From assembly GCA_963783305.1 (NCBI GenBank), contig CAWAMW010000016.1, positions 576,001 to 640,000 of the forward strand: a DNA stretch of 64,000 nucleotides. The letters run 5' to 3'. This stretch comes from an uncultured Gemmatimonadales bacterium. GTDB taxonomy: Bacteria; Gemmatimonadota; Gemmatimonadetes; Longimicrobiales; RSA9. Positions 52,666 through 61,390 of this stretch are shown here, in pieces (the first letter of the stretch is position 1; the number at the start of each line of letters is the position of its first letter). The position numbers were made by a program, and so were the translations under genes. The notes beneath the pieces are model-generated. The model saw only the letters and a list, made by a program, of their open reading frames with translations. It had not been told where the DNA came from and made no database searches.

Positions 52666-54162
52666 TCAACGATTGGGGATCGACAGTTTCTGTCCGGTCG
52701 CCTGCTCCAGGGCGGTCAGGGCTTCCTGGAAGGTGTAGACTCCCAGAAGGTACTCACGGTCCGCCCGTGCCATCAGCGTTTCGGCTTCCATGAGCTCGAG
52801 GAACGCCGCTACGCCCACGCGGTAGCGCTCCCGGGCCAGGTGCAGCTGGTCACGCGCCAGCTCGAGGTTACGCTCCTCGAGACGCACGGCTTCATACGCG
52901 GTGCGGAGATCCCGGTAGGCCGTCTCCACGTCTGCCCGCGTGGCCAACTCCCGGGACCGCAGCTGCCAGCGGGCATCGTCGGCCTGCGCCCGGGCGGTCT
53001 CCAGCTGGTGCTTTCGGCTGAGTCCCTGGAACACCGGGACCGAAATACCCAGGGAGACCGACAGCGGCTCCTCCACGAAGCTGAAGGGGAACTGGTCGTT
53101 TTGCGAGAGCAGCTCGTCCCGGCGCTCGTCGGTGAACTCGAACGCGCTGCAGTCCTGCGCCTGCATGGGCGGGCTGAGCCGCGCGAGGATCTGGTTCGTC
53201 TGCACGCACTGGTCTCGGGCGTTCGCCGCCGACTCCTGGCCCTGCCTGATCAGGTACTCGTCACTGCCCACGCGCCGGGTGTACCCGGACATTCCGGTGC
53301 TGAGCGACAGGGACGGCCAGAACGCGCTCCGCGCCATGCCGACTCCCGCGTCCGCCGCCTCCGTCGAGGCCCGCGCCGCCTCCAGCTCCGGCTGCGACGT
53401 CATCGCCGCATCCACCAGCGATGCCAGCGACCAACGCGGCTCGAATACCGGCACCTCCGAGGTCAGCTCGATCTCCCGGTCCAGACCCGTCCCAACAAGC
53501 TGCAGCAGGCGGATTTTCTGATTGTGCAGCTGCGCCTTCGACCGTAGCACCCCCACTTCGGCACGGCCCCGCTCCACTCCCGCCTGCTTCGCCTCGATGG
53601 CCGTGCCCGCCTCCACCTGATACCGCGCCTCCGCCAGCGAGAGGTTGGCCTCCGCTCGCTCGAGCTCCGCCTCCGCCAGCGCCACGGCATCCTTCGCACG
53701 CAGCGCCGCCATGTACTGACGCGTGACATTCGCCTGCAGCGTCTGCCCCGCCGCGGTCAGCGACGCCAGCAGCGATCGCCTCGACGCCTTCTCGCGACCC
53801 ACCTGGTAGAAGTCGGCACCACTGAGACCCAGCCCGATCCTCATGTCGTAGCTCGAGTAGTAGTAGTCCGGCGTCTTCGTGAGTCCGATGTCCCCGGCCG
53901 TGAACCCTCCGATACGGGCCTGCCCTCCCTCCTGGTAGCTCAGCCCGCCGCTCACTGTCGCGGTGGGGAGGAACCCGCCATAGGCCGAGCGGACTCCCCA
54001 GTCCGCCACGCTCTCATCGTTGAGGCGCGCCCGGTAGTCGGGGCTGTTTTCCAACGCCAGCGCCACGGCTTCATCCAGACTGAGCGGCATGGGGGGCTCC
54101 TGGCCCGAGGCCGGCATGGCCAGGAGGAGAAGCGCTATCGTCAGCGAGATCGACTTATGCAT
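52666..54162 (-). CDS. TolC family outer-membrane protein
   Basis: Signal peptide, LSLDEAVALALENSP, ARERYRVG..LELMEAE. Confidence 0.92.
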   Translation of the reverse strand: MHKSISLTIALLLLAMPASGQEPPMPLSLDEAVALALENSPDYRARLNDESVADWGVRSAYGGFLPTATVSGGLSYQEGGQARIGGFTAGDIGLTKTPDYYYSSYDMRIGLGLSGADFYQVGREKASRRSLLASLTAAGQTLQANVTRQYMAALRAKDAVALAEAELERAEANLSLAEARYQVEAGTAIEAKQAGVERGRAEVGVLRSKAQLHNQKIRLLQLVGTGLDREIELTSEVPVFEPRWSLASLVDAAMTSQPELEAARASTEAADAGVGMARSAFWPSLSLSTGMSGYTRRVGSDEYLIRQGQESAANARDQCVQTNQILARLSPPMQAQDCSAFEFTDERRDELLSQNDQFPFSFVEEPLSVSLGISVPVFQGLSRKHQLETARAQADDARWQLRSRELATRADVETAYRDLRTAYEAVRLEERNLELARDQLHLARERYRVGVAAFLELMEAETLMARADREYLLGVYTFQEALTALEQATGQKLSIPNR

Positions 54163-54265
54163 GATGGTTCCAACCCTGAGTGGTCCGCCCGTCCTACTTC
54201 ATGGAGCCACTGTACGTTTGTGGCGGTGTGGTTGTTTCGTGGCGGCCCAGGTTCCTTGCGCCATG

Positions 54266-54307
54266 GTGTACTGGCATACTAGTACACTGGCGTCGAAGCC
54301 CTGTCAA
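54266..54307 (-). promoter_or_regulatory. Palindromic operator overlapping a putative sigma70 promoter of the TolC/ABC operon
   Basis: GTGTACTGG-CATA-CTAGTACAC (54266-54287); minus-strand TTGACA-17 nt-TACTAG. Confidence 0.6.
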
Positions 54308-54338
54308 CGACCACCGCCGTACCGGCACTCGACCGGGG

Positions 54339-55034
54339 TCAGGGGAGGCTGGCGCGCTCGGCCAGGTAGTCTTCGTCGGGGATGCGGAAGCGAAGAACCC
54401 GGTTCTCGGAATCCACCCATACGATGCGGAGCGGAAGACCCTGGGGCTCGACGCGGATGCGCCGCGCCTCTGTGTTCTGACCGCCGATGGTGATCTGTTC
54501 GGTGCCGGCGTCGGTGATGGTCGCGGGGACCTGACGGCTCTGGCGGGGAACGATCACGGCCACGCGTCCGTTGCCGCCGGTGGCGGACATCAGGAAATAG
54601 TGCTGGTGAGCGACGCCCTCATCGAGGAGGACGGCGCCGTCGCTGGCGAGGTACTCGCGCATCTGCTCGCCCGCGGTGGAAACGATGGTGGCGCGGAACC
54701 GGTTTCCGGCGGCCTGGCCCGAGATGCTTTGCTTCTGCGGACCCGTGACCTCAATCTGGTAGGCCGTAGGTCGGAGCGCCGGCCCCTCGAACTGGAGCAG
54801 GGATCGGGTCTGCTGGCCGCTGTCCAGGACGATGCGTCCCTGGGCGACGGTGGTGGAGCCTGGGCCCTCTCCGCTGCGTCGGATCGTGAAGGTCTCGGTG
54901 CCGACGGGCGTGCCGCGGACGGAGAGCCGGAAGGACCCTTCGTCGACCACGACGGTCTGCGAGTGCGCGGCGGCCGCAGTCGTGAAGATCGCGGCGAGGG
55001 CGAGGGCGAAGGATCGAATATGTCGAGCAGTCAT
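54339..55034 (-). CDS. Secreted beta-rich hypothetical protein
   Basis: Signal peptide (..TTAAAAHS-Q), GGGAG SD, alternating beta-strand pattern. Confidence 0.8.
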   Translation of the reverse strand: MTARHIRSFALALAAIFTTAAAAHSQTVVVDEGSFRLSVRGTPVGTETFTIRRSGEGPGSTTVAQGRIVLDSGQQTRSLLQFEGPALRPTAYQIEVTGPQKQSISGQAAGNRFRATIVSTAGEQMREYLASDGAVLLDEGVAHQHYFLMSATGGNGRVAVIVPRQSRQVPATITDAGTEQITIGGQNTEARRIRVEPQGLPLRIVWVDSENRVLRFRIPDEDYLAERASLP

Positions 55035-55111
55035 GAACGGTCTCCCGTGGAGTTGGGATGGTGGTACCCCGTGGGGGGTCGGGGGGTTCGGTCGCAGGGA
55101 ATGGGCCGCGG

Positions 55112-55852
55112 TCAGAGCGTGTCGGATTGGTGGTCGGGTCGAATGAAGACGGCGCGGCGTATCGCGTCGAGGATCCGGTGATAGATGAGGCGCCCTTTCT
55201 CAGTGGTGGCGAGGGTTGGTTTGCCGACGCAGCCGGTTCCACCGGGCGGAGGTGAGGGCATCCCGCCACGCATGTAGCGTCGGAACTCGTCGGGGGCCAA
55301 CTGGAAGTCGCGGGCCCGGTCCATCCGTACGAGATTCGGGTACAGGTGGAGCATGACGGAGGTCTCGGCCTCACCTGCGTGCTCGGCGCCTTCCTGGCCC
55401 TCGAGGAGGTCATGGATGGGAACGTCCCAGATGTCGATGACGCGGACGCGGGCGGTGGTGGTGATGAGGGTGGCGAGTGCCTCGAGGTGAGGATCGTGGC
55501 GGTGTGCCGTGATAATGATGAACTCCGTAACACCATGACCTTCCCAGCCGTCGAGCAACTCATTGAGCCCGCGGTGTAGAGTCTTTCGGCCGAGGGAGGC
55601 CGTTCCAGCGTACGCGCGTTCCGTGCGTACGTTGACGCCAAAGCCGAAGGTGGGGGCACGGAGGACGCGGAACTCTTCGGAGAGGTCCAGGCAGAACCTG
55701 CGGGCGATGAGTACGTTGCTGCCGAGGGGCAGGTGTGGCCCGTGCTGCTCGAGGGCGCCCACGGGGAGAATAAGACGGGGATCCCGGGCCAGGTGTGCGG
55801 CCACGTCGATCCAGCTGAGCTCGTCGAGTGCGAGAGGCGTATCGTTTTCCAT
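55112..55852 (-). CDS. Creatininase family protein
   Basis: LPVGALEQHGPHLPLGSN, HAGEAETSVML, G.P.LATTEKG. Confidence 0.88.
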   Translation of the reverse strand: MENDTPLALDELSWIDVAAHLARDPRLILPVGALEQHGPHLPLGSNVLIARRFCLDLSEEFRVLRAPTFGFGVNVRTERAYAGTASLGRKTLHRGLNELLDGWEGHGVTEFIIITAHRHDPHLEALATLITTTARVRVIDIWDVPIHDLLEGQEGAEHAGEAETSVMLHLYPNLVRMDRARDFQLAPDEFRRYMRGGMPSPPPGGTGCVGKPTLATTEKGRLIYHRILDAIRRAVFIRPDHQSDTL

Positions 55853-55861
55853 GCATACAAC

Positions 55862-58800
55862 ATGATGCCGTCGCGACGGCTCCGCACGGTGCTGGTGGTC
55901 ACCTTCGCCGCGCAGATCGGTCTCCTGCTGTGGAGCCGGTCGCTTACTCCGCTGATGCTTCTGGCCGCGGCGGCCGTGCTGGGGGCGGGGGTGGTGCTGG
56001 AGCGCGGGCGGGTTCGGCGCGAGCGTGGGGCGGCGGGAGTATCGGTGGCGCAGTTGGCTCTCGGGCTGGCGTTGATCGCAGCCGTGGTCACCACTGCGCG
56101 TCTGGAGGTCGGGTCTCGACAGTGGGACGCGGTGGGAGAGCGGCGTGAAGCGCAGCTGGCGGCGCGGTTGGAGGCGCGTCTCACGGGTGCGTTGACGCGA
56201 GCGCGTGCGGCCGCGCGGCTGTCGGCGGCCGCCGCGGAGTCGCCCAACCTCTTCGACGCCCTGGCGGAGATCCGGCGGAGGACAGGTGTGGAGGCGGTGA
56301 CGCGGCTGAGCGCGGCGGGTGGAGTGGAGGCGTGGGCGGGGGATCACCGGGGTCGGATTCCGAGCGCGGTGCTGGAACTGCGGGAAGGGGTCATCTTCCC
56401 TGGCGGCACGATGTTCGAGTACGTGTACGCCGTGGAGCGGACGCCGGCGGGTGGGGTGGGCGTGGCCGCGGTGCTGATTCAGGTGGGGCCGCCGTTGAGG
56501 GGAGCGACGGACGCGCTTGCGGAGCGTTTCGAAGCGGTGACGGGGGAACAGCCGCGGTTCGCCGGACCGGACGCGGCGGAGGTGGACTGGCGCCTGATGG
56601 AGGACGGCGCTCCTGTGCTGTCGGCCCGGTTCCCCGTACTGAGCCCCGCGGAGTGGCGGGGGCGGGTGGCGAGAACGGGTCGGCTGGCGGTGTTCGTACT
56701 GGTGCTCACCGCGCTCGCGCTCCTGTCGGCCACATGGCTGAAGGCGCTGCCGGACCGGGAAGGAGTGTACGGCATGCTGCCCATGGGCGCGCTGGCCGTC
56801 ACCCTGATGGCGGCGCCGCTCCGCCGCACACTCGGATTGGATCGCCTCTTTTCCCCGGGCTGGTTCGTCCTCCCTGTCCCCGGCGACTTCGTGATCGAGG
56901 GCGTGCTCGTCGTGCTGCTGCCGCTGGCGGCGCTGGTGTCGACGTTCCGCATGGGGGCTGTGCGCCCCAGGGACCTCTGGCTGCGGCTGGCGATCGGTGC
57001 CGCGCTGGCTGGTGGCGGCTTCGCGGTGGGTGTGGGCATCATGGCCCGAAGCGCGGGGCTGCCGATGCTCTCCTCGACAGGGCCGCTCTGGTACGTGCTG
57101 CATCCGGCGACGGTAGTGCTACTCGCGACGCTAGCGGCGCTGCTCATGCCCCGGTCGACCGAGGCTGAACCGGGCCGCAGGCTGGCGCTGTACGCGCTGG
57201 CGGGGGCGCTGCTCTCCGTCCTCCTCGCCCTGGGGCTGGCGGCCGGGTGGCGGCCGAGCCGGCCGCTTCCCACGCCGGTCCTCCTGGCGTGGAGCATCCC
57301 GTTCATCCTCCTGGGCAGGGCCGTGGCGGGATTCGCCGGTCGCGGGGACCGACTGGTGCGCTGGCTGGCGGCGGGCTGGCTGGCGGCCACGGCCGTGGTC
57401 CCTCACCTGTGGCTGACGAACCAGGACGCGCGTCTGCAGGAGGCGGAGCTGGAGATGGCCTCGTTCGGCGCGCGAGGCGACCCGTTCCTGAGCTACCTGC
57501 TGGACGAGTTTGCGCAGGCGGTGGTGAGCGCGGACGCCCGTGGAGAGGGTCGCCTGGACCTGATCTACGAGGCGTGGGTGGCCAGTGGGCTGGCGGCCGA
57601 GCCGTATCCGCTCGAGATGGTGCTCTGGGACGCGGAGCTGAGGCGGCAGGCGCACCTGCCGGTGGGGGTGCAGATGGAGGTGGGTGGGTTCGGCTACCGC
57701 GAGTTCCTGGACGTAGTGGACCGCGCGGTCGACGGTGGACAGGTGTCGAACGTTCCGGCACGGGGCGGGGGAGTGAGCCGCATCCTGGTGGTCCCGCTGA
57801 GCGACGGCCGTGCGGTGTCTGTGGCCGTGGCGCCCCGGGCGGCGTTCCGGCCGACCTCGGCGCTCACCGCCTTCATGGAGGGCGAGTCGCAGCAGAGCGT
57901 GACGCTCGACCTGCTGCCCGTCTCCGCGGTCACGGCTCCGGCGCTCCCGGATTTCCGGTGGCAGAAGACGCCGGAGGGCTGGCAGGCCGAGACGCTGCTG
58001 CGGGAGGGCTCCGACCTGTACCACGCGCACCTGGGCCTGAGACTGCCGCCGCCGGGGGTGCGCTTCGCCCGGGGCGTCCTCCTGATCACGCTCGACCTGC
58101 TCCTCCTCTCGCTGCTCTGGGGCCTCGGTCGACTGGCCCGCGGCGACCCGCCGGTGCCACCGGGTGGCTGGGTGGGGTGGCTGGGCGGATTCCGCGCCCG
58201 CGTCATCGTGGCTCTCTTCGCGTTCTTCCTGCTGCCGACCGCCGTGTTCGGGTGGGCGGCGTACCGCGCACTGGCCCAGGAGGTGAATCGGGCGGCGCAG
58301 CAGGTGGCGGAGCGGGCGGTGGTCCACGCGGCCGTGTCGCTGCCGCAGGCGGGGCTGGTGGAGACCGCCCGGAGGACGGGGGAAGACCTGCTGTACTACG
58401 ACCACGGGATGCTCGGTGCGACGTCCATGCCGGAGGCCGCGGAACTGGGCCTGTACAGCGCATGGATGCCGCCGCGTCTCTACCAGCGGCTTCGAACCAC
58501 GGAGGCGATGGGCGGCACGGAGATGGGCTCTCTGGCGGGACGCTCCTACCTGGTGGCGTATCGGCGGCTTCGGAGCCCTGCCGAGGCCGTGGCCGTGCCC
58601 GTCTGGCTGGCCGCGCGGGATGTGGCGGTGCGGCAGCGGGAGTTCGCGCATCTCGTGCTGTTCGGCGTGTTGGTGGGCGGGGCGCTGTCGCTGGCGCTCT
58701 CGGTCGTGGTGGGTCGCGCGCTGGCGCAGCCGATCCGTGAGCTGCGCCAGGCCGCGGCGGCCGTGGGCGGCGGGCAGTTCCGGGTGGATCTCCCGGAGGA

Positions 58801-59644
58801 TCGGGCGGACGAGTTCGGCGAGCTCTTCACGTCCTTCAACCATATGACCCGCCGGCTGCGTCGCGCCCGCTCGCAGGAGCTGCAGACGGCACGGATCCTG
58901 GCGTGGGGCGAGATGGCCCGTCAGGTCGCGCACGAGATCAAGAACCCGCTTACGCCCATCAAGCTGTCCATCCAGCACATCCGGCGTGCCTACCGCGACC
59001 GCCGCGAGGATTTCGATCCGATCCTGGAATCGAACGTCGAGCAGATCCTGACGGAGATCGATCGGCTGACAGAGATCGCCCGGGCGTTCTCCCGCTACGG
59101 CGCGCCGGAAGAGGTTGCGGGCGTGACGGAGCCCGTGGACGTGGCGGGAGTGGCCCGTGAGGTCCTGACGCTGTATCGCGCGCCGGACCGGGATGTCCGC
59201 TACCTCCTGAAGGTGGAGAGCCCGGACACCGTGGCGGCGGCCCGATCGTCAGAGCTCCGGGAAGTGATCGTCAATCTGCTGGAGAACTCCCGGGCGGCGG
59301 TGGGCGCCGAGGGGGTAGTGGAGGTCTGTGTGGATGCGCCGGGGAGCATGGTGCGGCTCGAGGTGCGGGATGACGGGGAGGGGGTACCGCCGGAGCTGCT
59401 GCCGCGCATCTTCGATCCGCACTTCTCCACGCGCTCTTCGGGCACCGGCCTGGGTCTCGCGATCGTGCGACGTCTCGTGGACAGCTGGGGCGGCGAGGTG
59501 GGGGCGGAGAGCGAGCGGGGGCGTGGCACGACGGTATGGGTTGCGATCCCCAAGGCCACGCCGCCGGTTCCCGGGGAGGGAGCCGGCGGCGTGGGGCCGT
59601 TGACGGAGATCGACGAGGGGGAGCCGGAGAGCGAGCCGGGCTGA
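55862..59644 (+). CDS. Large multi-TM sensor histidine kinase (NtrY-like HAMP-HisKA-HATPase)
   Basis: HAMP PIRELRQAA..DEFGELFTSFNHM; H-box MARQVAHEIKNPLTPIKLS; NLLENS, DDGEG, FDPHFSTR, GTGLGL. Confidence 0.92.
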   Translation: MMPSRRLRTVLVVTFAAQIGLLLWSRSLTPLMLLAAAAVLGAGVVLERGRVRRERGAAGVSVAQLALGLALIAAVVTTARLEVGSRQWDAVGERREAQLAARLEARLTGALTRARAAARLSAAAAESPNLFDALAEIRRRTGVEAVTRLSAAGGVEAWAGDHRGRIPSAVLELREGVIFPGGTMFEYVYAVERTPAGGVGVAAVLIQVGPPLRGATDALAERFEAVTGEQPRFAGPDAAEVDWRLMEDGAPVLSARFPVLSPAEWRGRVARTGRLAVFVLVLTALALLSATWLKALPDREGVYGMLPMGALAVTLMAAPLRRTLGLDRLFSPGWFVLPVPGDFVIEGVLVVLLPLAALVSTFRMGAVRPRDLWLRLAIGAALAGGGFAVGVGIMARSAGLPMLSSTGPLWYVLHPATVVLLATLAALLMPRSTEAEPGRRLALYALAGALLSVLLALGLAAGWRPSRPLPTPVLLAWSIPFILLGRAVAGFAGRGDRLVRWLAAGWLAATAVVPHLWLTNQDARLQEAELEMASFGARGDPFLSYLLDEFAQAVVSADARGEGRLDLIYEAWVASGLAAEPYPLEMVLWDAELRRQAHLPVGVQMEVGGFGYREFLDVVDRAVDGGQVSNVPARGGGVSRILVVPLSDGRAVSVAVAPRAAFRPTSALTAFMEGESQQSVTLDLLPVSAVTAPALPDFRWQKTPEGWQAETLLREGSDLYHAHLGLRLPPPGVRFARGVLLITLDLLLLSLLWGLGRLARGDPPVPPGGWVGWLGGFRARVIVALFAFFLLPTAVFGWAAYRALAQEVNRAAQQVAERAVVHAAVSLPQAGLVETARRTGEDLLYYDHGMLGATSMPEAAELGLYSAWMPPRLYQRLRTTEAMGGTEMGSLAGRSYLVAYRRLRSPAEAVAVPVWLAARDVAVRQREFAHLVLFGVLVGGALSLALSVVVGRALAQPIRELRQAAAAVGGGQFRVDLPEDRADEFGELFTSFNHMTRRLRRARSQELQTARILAWGEMARQVAHEIKNPLTPIKLSIQHIRRAYRDRREDFDPILESNVEQILTEIDRLTEIARAFSRYGAPEEVAGVTEPVDVAGVAREVLTLYRAPDRDVRYLLKVESPDTVAAARSSELREVIVNLLENSRAAVGAEGVVEVCVDAPGSMVRLEVRDDGEGVPPELLPRIFDPHFSTRSSGTGLGLAIVRRLVDSWGGEVGAESERGRGTTVWVAIPKATPPVPGEGAGGVGPLTEIDEGEPESEPG

Positions 59645-59665
59645 ATCGGCCCCGGCTGCGTCAGG

Positions 59666-61153
59666 TCACTGGCGCACCCGGAAGCTGCGCACGGCCTCGT
59701 TGCCCGTGGCGATGCTTCGGATCCGGAGGACCACGACGTCGCCCGGATCCACCTGTCTCACCCGCTCCTGGAGCTGAGGGACCGATCCCACCGGCTGACG
59801 GTTGAACTCCAGGATGATATCGCCCTGCTGGAGCTGACCTGCGGCGGGGCCATAGGGATTGACGCCGGTGATCACGACGCCGTCCACCGCCGTGCGGATC
59901 CCGAGCTGCTGGAGCAGCCGGGGATCGGGATCGGAGAGCTGGAGTCCCAGGCGACCCTGGGCAGAGCCGCGCTCGGAAGCGACCCGTATCGGCGTCTCCT
60001 CCACCTGAAACTCGCCGAGCTCGACCTCCACGCTCACCCTGCTGCCGTTCCGGATCACGCCGAGGGTAACCTTGTCGCCGGGCGTCTCCCGTGCCAGCCG
60101 GGTGGTGAGGTCGGGGCTGCTCCCGATCGGTTCGCCCTCCAGGGACACGATGACGTCCTCCGCACGCAGTCCCGCTTCGTCCGCGGGCCCGCCGGGCACG
60201 ACCTCGGATACGAACGCACCGGCGATCTGGTCCAGGCCGTACAACTCGGCCTGCGCCTCGCTCACGCTCTGGATCCGAACCCCGAGCTGGGGGCGCCGCA
60301 CATGCCCGAACTCGATGATGTCACGGGCGACCTTTACAGCCAGGGCACTCGGGACGGCGAACCCGTTGCCCGCGTACGCTCCCGTGGGCGAGGAGATGGC
60401 GGTATTCACGCCCACGACCCGGCCATAGAGATCCACCAGTGGCCCGCCCGAGTTGCCGCGGTTGATGGCCGCGTCCGTCTGGATGAACGACTCCAGCGAT
60501 GTCTCGCCCTGTATGATGCCGAGACTCCGTCCCTTGGCGCTCACGATCCCGGCCGTGACGGTGAACCCGAGGTTCAGGGGGTTGCCGAGGGCCAGCACCC
60601 AGTCGCCCACCTGGAGCCGATCGGAGTCGCCGACCCCGAGGGGGGTGAAAGGCTGCCCACGCTCGCTCAGCAGGCGGATCACGGCGATGTCGGTGTTGGG
60701 GTCACGACCTACGACCTCCACATCGTCATAGATGCGGCCGTCCGGGAACCGAACCTGGATGGTGATGGCGTTCTCGACCACGTGGTTGTTGGTGATGATG
60801 TGTCCTTCATCGGTGAAGACGAAGCCCGAGCCCGTGCCCATCTGCGGCGGCGCCTGCTGCTGCTGTCGCGGGTTGCCGAACGGGAAGGGGAACGGCGTGG
60901 GCGCCTCTCCTTCCGGCGGCTGTGCGGTGACCTGGACCGTCACCACGCTGGGCAGCGCGGTGGCGGCGGCCGCCCGGAACGTCCGTGACAGCGAGGCCGC
61001 GGTACTGGTGTCGATCACCGCCGGCACCTGCCCCAACTCCTCCTGCAGCGCTCGATCACGCTGCCCCTCCTGTGCGAGCGCGTCCCCTCGCCCGCACCCC
61101 ATGAGGAGGACCGTAGAGATCACCATCACCCGTCGAATCGCAAGACCGTTCAT
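59666..61153 (-). CDS. degP: HtrA/DegP serine protease with two PDZ domains (lipoprotein)
   Basis: Lipobox LMGC; GSGF, TNNHVV, DIAV, IQTDAAINRGNSGGPL; two PDZ; GGAGG SD. Confidence 0.95.
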   Translation of the reverse strand: MNGLAIRRVMVISTVLLMGCGRGDALAQEGQRDRALQEELGQVPAVIDTSTAASLSRTFRAAAATALPSVVTVQVTAQPPEGEAPTPFPFPFGNPRQQQQAPPQMGTGSGFVFTDEGHIITNNHVVENAITIQVRFPDGRIYDDVEVVGRDPNTDIAVIRLLSERGQPFTPLGVGDSDRLQVGDWVLALGNPLNLGFTVTAGIVSAKGRSLGIIQGETSLESFIQTDAAINRGNSGGPLVDLYGRVVGVNTAISSPTGAYAGNGFAVPSALAVKVARDIIEFGHVRRPQLGVRIQSVSEAQAELYGLDQIAGAFVSEVVPGGPADEAGLRAEDVIVSLEGEPIGSSPDLTTRLARETPGDKVTLGVIRNGSRVSVEVELGEFQVEETPIRVASERGSAQGRLGLQLSDPDPRLLQQLGIRTAVDGVVITGVNPYGPAAGQLQQGDIILEFNRQPVGSVPQLQERVRQVDPGDVVVLRIRSIATGNEAVRSFRVRQ

Positions 61154-61207
61154 CGCCCCGTAGCCTCCACTGCTGACCTGATGTCCAATGCCGGTCCGGA
61201 GACGGCC

Positions 61208-61222
61208 GCACGGCATGTGCCA
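61208..61222 (-). promoter_or_regulatory. Candidate sigma54 (-24/-12) promoter for degP
   Basis: Minus strand TGGCAC-ATGCC-GTGC. Confidence 0.55.
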
Positions 61223-61390
61223 TCGCGAGCCGGCCGCCGAGAGCCGACGTGTGCCCGGGAATTGGATGCGGCGCTGGCGGCAGGGGTTGCCTAACGGTTC
61301 GGCCCGGGCCCGCGTCTATAGGGAGGCAGCGTCGGGCGCCGGCCGTGGGTGGCCGTGCCGGGCCGTGTACGAGTGCGGAGGAGACGAGCA

